The notes under the pieces are model-generated. The model saw only the letters and a list, made by a program, of their open reading frames with translations. It did not search any database and had not been told where the DNA came from. This document shows, in pieces, positions 11,860-24,700 of a stretch of 64,000 bases of DNA. A program made the translations under genes and the position numbers. Origin of the DNA: Vitrella brassicaformis CCMP3155 (lineage: Eukaryota; Protista; Chromerida); the NCBI GenBank assembly GCA_001179505.1, contig CDMY01000275.1, positions 310,001 to 374,000 of the forward strand. Reading direction: 5' to 3'. Positions within the stretch are counted from its first letter, which is position 1. Every line of letters starts with the position of its first letter.

Positions 11860-14800
11860 TCATTTCATGAGGTCGAACCACTGCCTGATAACGTTGGTCA
11901 GCACCGCCGGCAGTGTGGTGACGTCCTGCACCACCGCATAGTACGGGAAGGGGAAGTCCTCCAGGTAGTGTGTCACCTTGGGCGTCGAACCCTCATACGT
12001 CACCGTCTTCAGGTCAAACACTGACGACGAACTGCTGGCAGCCTGCTGCTGGTCGGGGGAGGGTGTCGGTGTCTTGCGCGGCGTGTCAACGATGATGAGG
12101 ACGGGGAGGTGCCGTTTGGAGAGGGCAACGTGGACCCACTTGCGGACGGCGGCCTTGTTGAACCGGCCGTCTGTCACGATGAGGATCATCTGGTGCACCT
12201 GCACCGAACCACCTGCAACCAGAAATATATGGCGCCGACAGCACAGCACGGAAAGGATGTGTGTGGGTGCGATGTCTGTCTGTCTGTGTGGTCGGTGGGT
12301 GTCTCCCTCCCTGTGTGACTTACCGGCTCGCGACGACGCAGCCATGCCCCCCCTCTCAAACATGTTGATGCACAGCTGCAGCAGGTCCGGCAGACCCTTG
12401 AGTGAGTTGAGGCAAGGCACCACACATCCCATCCCATCAGGCACACACACAAAGACATTAAAGAATACATACGGCGATGAGTGGAGTGCGTGGCGTGGTG
12501 AGTGAAATGCAGCCCCCTCCCTCCCTCCCTCCGTGCAGTGAGTGCACCTGTTCACCTGTTGGTGTGACTGTGCCGATTCCTCCATGAAGGTGAGCTTCTG
12601 CAGGGCGCCCACCAGGCTGTGGGACGAAAAGTCCTTACCCAAAGGCAGCAGCACACGGGGATGCTCTCTGACATACATACATGAATGACATGACACAACC
12701 AACACAAACCCAAACACCGTAAGTGTGCAGACACACATATCACATTTTTTGACCCCACTCCCCTCCACTCTCACACTCACCCGCCGTACGAGCACACGCC
12801 AAGCTCCCCAACCTCGAGACGCATCATCGCCTGGCCAGGCGACAGCAAAACAGTGCCCCCATCAGCACAGCGCAGCACATATGGAAGGGGAGACGGACGG
12901 GGCTCTGTGTTTTGCGTGCGGAGCGCATTTGTGACTGAGTGACTTGACTTGCCTGGCAGATGATGGCGAGTGCCTGCAGTGCGATGGGTCCGACGCCGCA
13001 TTCGGACATGCTCCTGCTGTTGTCGAAGCCAACCAGGATCTGATACTCACGCTTGCTCGCCTTGGTACGACGCAACCTGTGTGTGTATAAGACACATGTG
13101 TGTCTGTGACGGTGTGTCGTGTCGGCTCGGTGCCTGCCTGCCGTGTTCACTCACTCCCTGCCATCCATCCATCCATCCATATTGCCATACTGTTTACCAT
13201 ATTTTGTCTTTTCTGTAGTTGGATGCGATGAATGGAATGACCTTCTTCATCGATATGCGCTTGCCCGTCTTGTAGTCCCCCTGCAGCCGGCCTCGCAGCG
13301 TGGGCTCCAGGATCAACCGCAGCTGCTCGCACAATGCCGTGGCGTGCATCACCGTCTCGGCCTCCAACTCACGCCACAACGCTGCACACACACAGAGAGA
13401 GAAACACCCGACGGACAATCCCCACACCACACCCGGCTCGGGGCGCACCAGCCTTCCCTCACGAAAGGTACCTTGCGCAGCGGTCTCTGTGAGTCCCCCA
13501 CCACCCCCACCAATCCCCTCCTTGTCTGCGGCATCTTCGGTCGTATCCACAAGTGCTGCTGCGGCCTCGGCGTCCTCCATCTCCACATCGATGTCGACCA
13601 GCTGCTCGCCGACCCTCAAGCCACCCCCACCGCTGTCATCTACAGGGCCCCGCTGTCGGCGACGGTAGGTGTCTAGGAGGCTGGCCTCGTTGTCGGTGCC
13701 ACTGCCTTGTGCCGCCTCGTCGGGCTGGTCGGGTGATGTGTGCGCCTTGTCTCGTGAGGCCTGGTTGAGGGGGCGGTGGGGGAGGGCTGCATCGGGGGTG
13801 GTGTCTGATGACACATGCGGCAGTCACAGAGCCCGTCGATGGATGGACGCGACGCGTGTGGGTGCGCACCGCACCTTGCCGCATTTGGTCGCTTTCGTCT
13901 TGCTTCTTGTCGGTGTCCATTGCTGAGTCGTCTTCCTGCTCCTCCATCACACTGAACCTGCAGAACCACACACACACACACACACAGAGTCATGCGACGC
14001 AGCCAGCGGTTTCTTCTCTGTCTTACTTGAGGTGTTGTTGTTCGATGGCGTCGGACTGCACCTCTGCAGCACCCTGCAGCTTGCTCGTCTCATCCATCTC
14101 AAACGCACCATGACCTGCAAGGCAGGACAGGACAGCCCCACAACAGTGACGCGACGGCCGGCGACTGTCTGTCAACCCGGCTGGCTGTTGTCTCTCTTAC
14201 CGTGTTCGAGTGTGTCTGGAGCGCTCTCCTCGACCGGCCCCGCCTCGTCGGGATTCTGCTCCTCACCGCCTGCAAGCGACACACACATATAGCGGTGCAA
14301 GGAAGACTTATGCATGCGATGTCGCCTACCTTGTTGCTGGAGTGCCACTTTCTGCAGCCATCGTTCCGTCATCTCCACAGGGTCACGCAGCGGGTTGGGG
14401 ATACGGGGCGGCGGACGGCTGCGGACCGATGGGAAGGGATGGGCAGAGAGAAAACGTGAAATGAATGACAAGGGCAGCTCTCGGCCCCTGTGTAGGGAGG
14501 GTACCGATGGGAGGGTCTGTCTGTCTGTCTGTGTGTACCTTCTGTTGGCGGCGTCTTGCTGTTGTTGCTGCTGGCTGATGGTCTGCGCCCCCTGGTCGGA
14601 CATGGCAGCAGCGGTGCCACGCTGGGACACCTGCACACACAATATATATATGACAAATGCCCACGTCTGTAGGTCGGTGTGTGTGTGTGTGTGTGTGTGT
14701 GCAGCCAATGGTGAGTGCCTACATACGTTAGAGTCGTTTGGCGGCAGCATGTCCTTCATCGACTCATCCACATCCTGCGATGCGATCCACCGATCCACCA

Positions 14801-17800
14801 ATCAAATCAGCCCACTCACTCACCGATCAGTGAATAAAACCATAGTGGTGTTTGTCTGTGTGTGTGTCATATGGTATGGTTACTGACTGCATCAGATGAA
14901 GCCTCCTCATCGAGAGCCTGGTCTCCCCTCTCCGTCGACATGACACCAAAGGCAGTGGTCGGCTGCACGCACCGAATACATCACATCCACACACATAAGT
15001 ACCTAACCTGGCCGCTCAGCTGGTGCGGCCACGCTGAATATATACCTGAGGTTTGTCTTGACGCCTTGCAGATGTGCCGAGGTTCTCCTCCTGCTGCTGG
15101 TGGTTGTCCTCCGCCTCTACCCCCTCATCGCCCACGTCACGCATCGTCGCGTCGGCCGCTGCACACACACGTACAAGTAGAGACGAACAAGACAAGACGT
15201 CAGCACTAGCCAGCTGGTCATGCGACCATGCAGTGTGCATCTGTGGTGTGGTTGGTGTGTATGTATGGTGTGTTTGGCCTCAGCGTGTGAGCTTTGTCTA
15301 TGTGGGCGAAGCAACCTTCTCGAGGACTCCGTCATCCCACACAACGCATGTGTGGTCAGAGGCCTCTTGTCGCTAGCGTACGACGATCATCCCAGGCAGC
15401 TGGCTACCTACACACCTACCTAACTACCTGACTACCTGTCAGTCTCTCTGTCTGTCTGTCTGTCTGCCATGCATGCGCCCTGTGAGCCCACCTCCGTGTG
15501 CCAGCGGCTCTGGTGGTGGTGGTGGTTGCTGATGCTCCATGTCATCTGCACTTGGCGCCTCCCCCCGACGCCGCGACTCGTCAACATCTGAACACACACA
15601 CACAGGCGTGGTACTGTGGTCGTGAAATGTCACGTGAGGGGTACCTACCCAGGCCATCAGTGTCGTCCGTCTGGGGCGCCTGCTCCTGCTCCTGCTCCTC
15701 TTCTTGCTGTTGTCCTGTGGGCTCGTTGTCCTCAGGCCCCTCACCCTCACCCATCGGCTGATCTTCCAGTTGGCCGCCCGCCTCTTGCTCCTCAGCCTGG
15801 CCAGTGTCTTTACCCTCTGGTTCACTGTGCTGCTGCTCAAGGGACTTTCCGAGCTCTTCTTCTGGTTGCTCTTGGTCCTTGTCTAAGTCGATGTCGCCCT
15901 CGTCACCCTCCAGAGTGATGTCCTTATGTGCCACCACACACAGACACACACGTGTGCTGTGCGTGCATCCTGTCTATTGTCCGGTGTCGTGATAGCTACC
16001 TTACCTTGTCGAGGTCGAAGTCCTCCCCCTCGGCCTGCTGCTCCTCGCCGCCCTTGTCGGTGTCCCGTTTGGGCAGGTGGGCTTGGTACTTGTCCGCCTC
16101 GTCATCGCCGCGGTCACCCTCATCTGCTGCACCATCCTCGCGCTCCTCGTCCTCGTCACGGCTGGGCTCATCGGTGCCGCCCTGGTCTTGGCCGTCTCCT
16201 CTTGGTTCGCCCTGCTTCTCTTGCTCCTCCTCCTGGGCGACGGTGTCGGTCTCGCCAGCCCGTTTGCCGCCTGCAGAGAGAGCAGTAAGTGTATGGGGCG
16301 ATGGGTGGGTGGGTGGGTGGGTGCCTGTCCTGTGTGGTGCGGGCGGCTGGCTCTCTGTGTGTGGTGTGTGCACCTTTGGCGGTAATGTCCTCGGACTTGT
16401 TGTCCCTTTCTTGGCCTTCCGCAGTGTCGTCCTGGTCATCGTCTTGTGTGTCGCTGCCCTCCCAGAGCTTCTCGTCCAGCTGACCGCCCTCGCTCAGGTC
16501 AACTTGACCTACATTAGTTAGAAACAGCATAGCATCACATCGATCTGTGTTGATGGATGGCCTTAATTCACCTTTCGTCCGGTCGGCCTTGTCTTCCTCC
16601 TCCTCGTTATGCTCGTCTTGCTGGTCCTCCTGTGCGTCGGGCTGCGGCTTGTTCTGCATCTCGCCCTCGAAGTCGAAGGACACTTCCATGGCCGTATCCT
16701 TCTCGTCCTGAATGCCAGCCAGCATCGTCAACACGCACGTGATCTGCCTGCCTGCCTGTCAGAGTCATGTCATGCGGTGCTATGCTACGTCACTCACGTC
16801 TTTCTGGTGGCCTTCCGGCCGGGCCGACTCGTCACCCTTGAGACCTGACAAATGAGCCGTGACACGACACGACACGACACAAGACACACACACCGTGTGC
16901 TGTGCACACACCATGCATGTTTAGGTGTAGTGTGTGTACCCAGCCCCCCGCCCCGCCCCCGCTCGGTGCACCACATACGTACCTTCCATGGTGTGTTCCT
17001 CCTCTATCTCCTCCGTCACGTCCTTCATGCCCTCTCCCTCGCCCAGACCAGTGCCCCCCACCCACTCATCCCCACCCTCCCCCTCTCCGGCACCCTCCAC
17101 CTCCTTGGCCTTGTCCACACAAAACCCCTTCTCATACAGCAGATGGACCACCTGCAGCACCCTCACCGACAGCGACGCAACACCGCTGAAGGTGTCGGCC
17201 GCCGTGAGCAGGAGGGCCTCTGCGAGGAGGATGACTTGCCGGATGAAGGGCGCGGCGGGGTGGAGGGCTGTGGGGAGGTAGTCGGCGAGAGTGGTGTCTG
17301 CTGTGGCGTTGTCGAGGTGGTGTTGGAGGGCGGTGAGGAGGGGTGAGAGGGGGAGGGTCTCTTCTAGTGGTCGCGCATCGGAGAGATCGGGGGCCGGGTA
17401 GGTGGACTCAGGGTCCGTCGACTGGCCGTCGGATGAGACAAAGAGGCACTGAAACAGACAGACAGGCAGACAGACAGCGCACGGCAAGTGTCGTGTCTGA
17501 CCATGTTTGCGTGCCCAAATCCATCCATCCATACCAGGACTGGTACGTACCTTGTCATCGCTCTTGACAGCAGTTTGGATCGCCAGCAGGCAGGCTTGCA
17601 CCAGCCTCCCCTGGCCCTCAACGTGCCCCTCAGTGTTTGTGATGTCTTGACCCCCTCTGCATCTGTCGACCTGTCGCAGCAGCTCCCCACGCCCAGCCTG
17701 CAGCGCCGTCACAGCCCCTCTCACACCCCTCACGGCCGCCGACGGGAGGTCCACCAGTGCATCGAGTCGAGACAGAAGCGCCTCGTCAACACACGCGCAC

Positions 17801-20800
17801 ACGGCACTCACCCTCTCCCGCCACCCTTGCAGCGTGTCAACCGACACGCGCATCTTGTCAGCATCTCCGCGATAGTCGTGTCTTGTGAGCAGCTGGTACT
17901 CGCAGCTGTCGACCACCTGCCGCTTGGCCATGTCAATCACGGGCACGCACTTGACCATCGCACTCGCCACCTTCCTCTGAGCTTCGGCAGCCCCCGTGCC
18001 GCCGGCCAGCTGCCGTGTCCACTCGTCCGCATGTCGGTCGAGCAGAGACTCGTCGATGAGTGGCGGGAGGGACTGCTGCAGCGCCTCGGGCGACATGGGT
18101 GTCGTAGCCGTGTCACCGAATAGCGCGATGGTCTGGAGGAAGCTCTCCTCCAGATGGGTGAGGGCCGATGTGATGGAGTGGATGAGGTGGGAGGGGACGG
18201 CGAGGGAAGGGCCTGAGAGGAGGGGGTGTGCGGCGAGGCAGAGGTGCTGCAGGCGGGATGCATAGCCGAAACACCGCTGCTGGTGACGCATCGACGCGTG
18301 GAGAAGGGATGCACTAATCCCTGTCAGTCAGGACACACACACAGGGAGGACTGAGTGATGGACGTGCACTGCACTGCACTGCCCTGCACGCCACGCACCT
18401 GAGAGCCGTTGGTACTCGTGTTGTATGTCTGGGTGCGGCTGTGTCTGCTGCAGCTTCAGGAAGATGTGGAGCACGTGATACAGCTGCCCCTGGCCCTCAC
18501 ACAGGATGCCCTGGATCGCCCGGTGGGCGCCATCCGACAGTGAGCCATGCAGCAGCAGGGGCTGTGCGGACGGGGGCCAGGGTGTTGGCGTGGGGCTGCT
18601 GGTGAAAAAGGCTGACACGTCGGCGGCCGACCTGCCGCCCTGCGCCAGGTGTTTGATGCCGAGAGACTGCAGCTCCTGTCGGAGGGACAGCAGCTGCCGA
18701 CGTTTCAATGACGCAGACATGTCCTGCAGACCAGAGAGACCCACAGCACAACACAAACCCTCCCTCTCTCAGTGCCGATTCAGACAGCAGCGGATGGAAT
18801 CTTACGAAGCTAACCTGGAGGTTTCTGAGTGTGTCTTTGATGGCAGCGCATATCGACTCGGTCAGCTCACCGGCAGCTGTGGGAAGGAACACACATCGAT
18901 GGGATGCAACATCAAGACACACTCAGGGCCAGCCATCGATGGTTGTGGTGTGTGTTTCTTATATTTCCTACCTGGCTGCCGCACCCCATGGACCCTCTGC
19001 AGCACCCGCCTGCGCACCAGACTCACCTGCACACACACACACACACACATACACTCACTCCCGTAATAGCTTGGCGCACACAGCCAGTGGGTGCGTACCA
19101 TTCTGTGTGTGAGGGCGGGTGACCGAGCAGCGACGGCTTGCTCGTTCCTCCAGAAGGTATCCCCCTCAGCCACCCCCACCGCCCCATCGCCGGCATCCAC
19201 CGTACCCTCACCCGCCACAGGCGCAACGGAAGGGAGCTCATCCGAGGGCAGCACAGCGGCCTCCTCCAGGAAGGCAAACCTGCTCCTCTCCTCATCGTCA
19301 GCAGTGCCTTCGTTGTCGCCTCTGGTAGACGTGTCTGGTGGTGGTGCTGATGCGGCGGTGAGGTGCGTGTGGTCGTGCTGCGCCTGGTAGCTCACTATGT
19401 GGGGGTCGCAGGGCTCCTGAGGATAGATAGCCAGGATGGGATGGATGAAGTGATGTCATGCATGCCATGCAGGGCGGAGGGAAGAAAAGTGTGTGTGAGG
19501 GTTCGCTTACCTTGAGGGCGTCGTCGAACCGTGTGATGGCCTTCTTGAGCTGATGGTGACTCCGGTGAACAGCCCTGACGCCAAAAAAGAAGTCGACAAT
19601 GCAATGCATACCTTACCTTCGTCTGTTGGTCGTGCAGTGCAGACGTGCTCGCTGGCGTACTCTTTGAGTGCGATGTGGTTGCTGAGGTCCCATCTGGTCA
19701 GCTGCACCAGCTCCCGCACCTCTTTGTCCATCTCCCGCCGCGCCTTCTGCAACGCACCCTCCACCGCCTCACACCACACCCGACCGTAAGCTGCCACATG
19801 ACACGCCGCCCGACCCATGGCCCGCTCATGCGCACGCTCAGACGACGCAAACAACCGCCCACACGCTTCCAGCAAATGGATGCGCGTGTCAAACTGCCCC
19901 AGGGGGGCCAGCCGCAGGAACTTCATGAGCTGGTCCACCACCTGCCGGACGGTGTCGTCACTGGGGGCTTTGTTGGCATCTGTTGTGTCTGCATCTGTTG
20001 TGTCTGGTGGGTCAGCGAGCAGGTTGATGAGGTGTGGGAGGGCTGCAAGCGCTTCGTCGGCCCATCGCTCTTCACGGAAGTGTCTCAGAGTGCGCCATTC
20101 CTCCAACTCACGCTGACGCAGACGAATCACCTGTGTGTGAGGCAGGGCAGGCAGGATGACACACACCACACGATGATCGATCATAAGGGTATTGTCAGCT
20201 CCGTGCAGTGCGTGGGGGTCCGTCCGTACCTGTCGCTCGACGGCCTCGAGGCCCTTTCGTAAGGACACCTCGCGACTTGCACGGGATTCCCACAACTGTG
20301 CTCGTTCAAGTAAGGCCTCCAACGCTGTGAGGACCGCCGCCGCCGGCGTACGGAACAGGGGCGCCTGGGAGATCTTCTCCACCTATCACATCACATATAT
20401 CACATAGCGACAGACAAGACAGCAGCGATTAGATTGCCTGCCTCATCTCATGTCTGTCATGCATCGATCGCATCGATCGCATCCTCCCCCACCATTTGTT
20501 TGACGCCGATGAGTGCCGGCTGGTCAGGGTAGATGTCCATGACCCGCTCCGCATCCTCACCCACCCTCTGCACCGCCGGCCACACGGAGCCCACCAGAGA
20601 AGGGTTGGAGGTGGAGTAGAAGGACGAGGCGCCGCTCTGCACAGTTCGCTGCACCCCGATGCCCTTCCGCCGCAGGTGCACGAACCGCATCTTCTTGGCA
20701 CGCTCACGATGCAGCCGCCGCCTCTCCGCCTTCAACGCCGCCTCGGCGTCTTCCTGCTGTCCGGTGGCCTCATCCTCGTCTTGTCCGTCCGTCTCACCAA

Positions 20801-20887
20801 GCATTTCTCGCAACTGGTCATCCTCTCTCTGTTTCACACGTGACATCACACCAGGCAGGCAGGCATATACGCCACGCCCATCTCCTG

Positions 20888-20918
<31 letters not shown>

Positions 20919-21734
20919 GTGCCTGTGTGCCTGTGTGGCTGGCGGATGTTGCCCTGCCCACCTGTGCGAGTCGTGAGGTGTCGATTGCGAGCGCTTCGCG
21001 GCAGGTGATGAGCGTCGCCAGCACCCCGGGGCTGCCGTAGTCGTCAAAGGCGGGAGGCAACAGGAAGCGGCTAGTGGTGGGACCCTGCTGTTGCCCTTGA
21101 GCTCCTCCTGTGTGGTCCACACCGGGGGCCGGCATGCAGGTCTCTAGGAGGCCCATGTGGAGGGCCACTGAAGCCTGACAGACAGACAGACAGACAGACA
21201 CGCACAGCGCACCAACGCCCGCGGAACGTTGTGAGTGAATGAGACGAGCGTGTCTGTCGGTGCCAGGTGGCACATCACATACCTGCAAGGCGACTCGTCT
21301 CTGGCGCAGGAGGCCTTGCAGGTGTATCGACCCAGCTGTCAGGTCCGGGCTGGCTGCCTTCTTGTCCTCCGTCAGAGTCGCCACCAGCAGCCTCCCCGCC
21401 TCCCGAGCCATGGCCTTGCCGCCGGTCGGCCCTCCAGGCACCTCTTCTTGGCCTTGGGGCGGGGGTAGTGGGGAGCTGTTGTCTTGATGCGTGGGCTGAC
21501 GGTCCTCCATTTCGACGTCGGCCTCGTCGGGCAGCGTGAGGTCGCCGAAGAAGGTCTGTGCGGCCCTCTGGGAGGAAGGGAAGAGCTCCTGCACCTCAGC
21601 ATCGTCATCCACGGTGGGGGTACCGTCGTCCCTGTCACCTCCCACATCCTGTTGGAATGCGGCCTGTTTCTGCCGCTCCTTCTCTCGCTCATCACGCCAC
21701 TCGGCCGACCACAAGACGCCTAGCTGCACACACA

Positions 21735-21769
<35 letters not shown>

Positions 21770-24700
21770 GGAGAGAGAGAGAGAAACATGCATCACAAGA
21801 CATTCAACACACGGCAGCGTCCAATGAAAGGCTCACCTTTCGCAGCAGGGCTCGCAGCGTGTGTGCAATGGGCCCTTGGGCGATGTTGCTTCCACTCCTC
21901 CCTGCCGCCGCCCACCGCAGCAGCCATGTCAACAGAGCGTCGGGCCCGATGACCGCACTCGACAAGACCACGTCTCTGCGAGATGCAACAGAGTGCACGG
22001 GACACTGGAAGAAGGTCCTCGTCTCGGCCAAGACCGCCGCGACACCCACACCAGCTGGAGGCTGTGCCACAGGGCAGTGCTGCGGCAGCTGGACGAGATG
22101 CAGGCCGTGTATGTGGGCGTGGATGCCGACAGCAATGGACTGTGACACGTCTGGGAAGAGTGGGTGTCGCTGCTCAAACTCCTCCAAGAATCGCTGGCCG
22201 AATGCCGTCAGTGTGGCGATTCCCGCTGCTGACACGGGCTGTGGCTGGGGGAGGGGCGACGCCGTGTCGTCGGCCATAGCCACCACAGCCGGGTACACAG
22301 GCAGCATCCAAGACACCCTGCAACCGACACACACACACAGATGGATGGATGGATGGATGCATGGATGATGGAGGGTGGGTGGGTGCATGTGTGTCAGAGT
22401 CTGACTCACTTGTCGGTCGAGCATACGTCGCTCACGAACTGCTGCAGCGACCGCCGCATCTGCTCCAGCACCTCCTGCTCACCCGCACACGCCTGCCCCG
22501 CCGCCGCCGCCGCCGACACCATCCTCCCCTCACTGTCCATCCACACGGATCCGGCGAGCGCGTCCGAGGGCATGGGAGGAAGGGGCGGCCGCAGGAAACT
22601 CCGCTGCTCCAGGTACCGCAGCAGTCTGGCCTGGTCGGCCTCCTGCTCCCTCACGTCGGCACAGTCAGACCACGACGGCAGCATGCCCGGCTGGCAGACC
22701 GTTTGCAGCTCAAGCAGGCGGCGCTGCTCGGTGGTCTTGGTTAGCTGCACCTGGGCCTCCTGTCGTCTCAGGGTGATCTCCAGTGACGCAGCCGCCCACG
22801 CACCGTAGCTGTCGGCAGCGTTGGCCACCCGCCACAGGCCAGCCAAGACCCACAGGACCCCTCGCCAGTAGGCTTCAACCGACGGGTCGGCCGTCGCAGC
22901 GTCCCTCGCTCGGTGGACCAGCCGAGCTAGAATTGCGACAATCGGGAGGGCAAATCGCTTCAGTGTCCCGTCGGTCTGGTTTGTGGTCTCCTTCATCTTG
23001 TTGCTGATCTCAGTGATGGCGGCGAGTGCTGCGGTGGTCTCTTCTGCTGGGGCGGGCGAGTGCCCTGTGAATACGGCTGTGATGGACTCCAGCAGTGGCA
23101 GGTCATCTGTGTCGAGGACGGAGGGCATGAGGGCTTCGACCATGGCCATGAGTATGCACCAGTCGTCGTCTGTGGCACATTGATGGGGACGGGGACCGGT
23201 AGTGCTCGATGACGCTGGTGGCGATGACGGGGGCCTCTCCTCCTCACGGTGAAGCTGCACGCACCAGAAACACACACACTGTCTGCCTGGCCTACATGTC
23301 TGACCTGTATGTGTCAGTCACGGCTCCTTCCTTCACTCACCCAGAATGGCGGTGATTTGCAGTAGAGTCGTGTGACGGCCGACAGGTGTCGGTGCACGGC
23401 ATCGGCGCTCGATATGGGGGCCGTCGCCATCACCTCCGAGCAGTACCGCAGGGAGAAGCTCGAACGATACCCCGTCGTAACCACCGCCGAGAGGGCGGGA
23501 AGATCCCTCTCACCGGTTGTAGAGGGCTCATCCTTTCCGGCTTGTCTTGCCTCCTCAGCCACAGGATCTGCATCATCCCCTGCCGTGAGAAAGGCCGCCG
23601 TGTGGTCGGCAGCAAGGTGGTTGAGGCCTCGGAGGGCAAACGCCATTGCCCGAAAGCCAGCCGAAAACAGCTGCCGCGTCAAGTGTGGTTGGTGGCTGGT
23701 GGCTGTGTGGCTGTCGAGGGTGAACTTCAGCTCCAATGCCGCTGCGTGGCCCTGCAGCAACGCCGAGATGGTATGAGAGAGGGACAGGCCGGGGCGGCCG
23801 GCGTCGTCTGGGAAGGGCGGATCATCCCGGAAGCCGTGGAGTAGTGTGCTCGCGTGGGAGATGAGGACAGAGATGGCGTCGAGGATTTGTAGGCCATGGT
23901 GCCGCATTGTGTCTGCTGTCTTGTTGCGGCCAATGGCGACGATGCGGCTGGTGAGCGTGCAGAGCGTTGCGAATAGGTGGATCACCGTGAAGAGCATGAA
24001 GTGGCGGTGCTCCCTAGTGATGGTGAAATGTGGACGACGTGTATCTCTCGCCCCTCGTGTGGGTGGTGTGTGTGGGGCTCCCAGGAGGCTCCTCTCCACA
24101 GCCTCCTCGACCCGCCCGGCCTCAACAGAACGGTTGCACCACCTACCACACCACACCACAGCACGCAATCAATGGTCATGTCATGTGCGCCTCTTCCCTG
24201 CCCTCAATGCACTCACTGCACACTGTGCCCCATGTGCCCCACTCAGGTACCTGAGTGCGTGACAGCTGCCGAGGGTGGCGAGGAGGGTGGTGGCGCCCGG
24301 CGTCATCACTCCAATGCCGCTTCCATCTCCTCCACCGATTGGGGTGCTTCCCTTCCTCCGTGCCTCATTCGTCGCGCGCCTGAGAGCCGCCTGGACGTGT
24401 GACAGCACACCGTCCCTCGCTGGCTTGTCGTCCTCTTCCTCCACCACCATCATATCGCCCTCGTCTTTGTCCGGATGATGCAGCCACAGCCCCTCCCGGA
24501 TGGAGCACAGGATGAGCCGTTCCAGGACGTATCCACGCACCGACTGGTAGGGGGGCTGCAGGCCGTGCAGAGAGAAGCCATCCACTCGGGCCGACCCGCC
24601 GACAAGACCACCGCACGGGTCGCGTCTGTCACAGAGGCGATCGACTCGTGTCAGGATGCCCGTCAGGGCTGTCAGCGATGGGGGTAGCTGCTGCACTGGC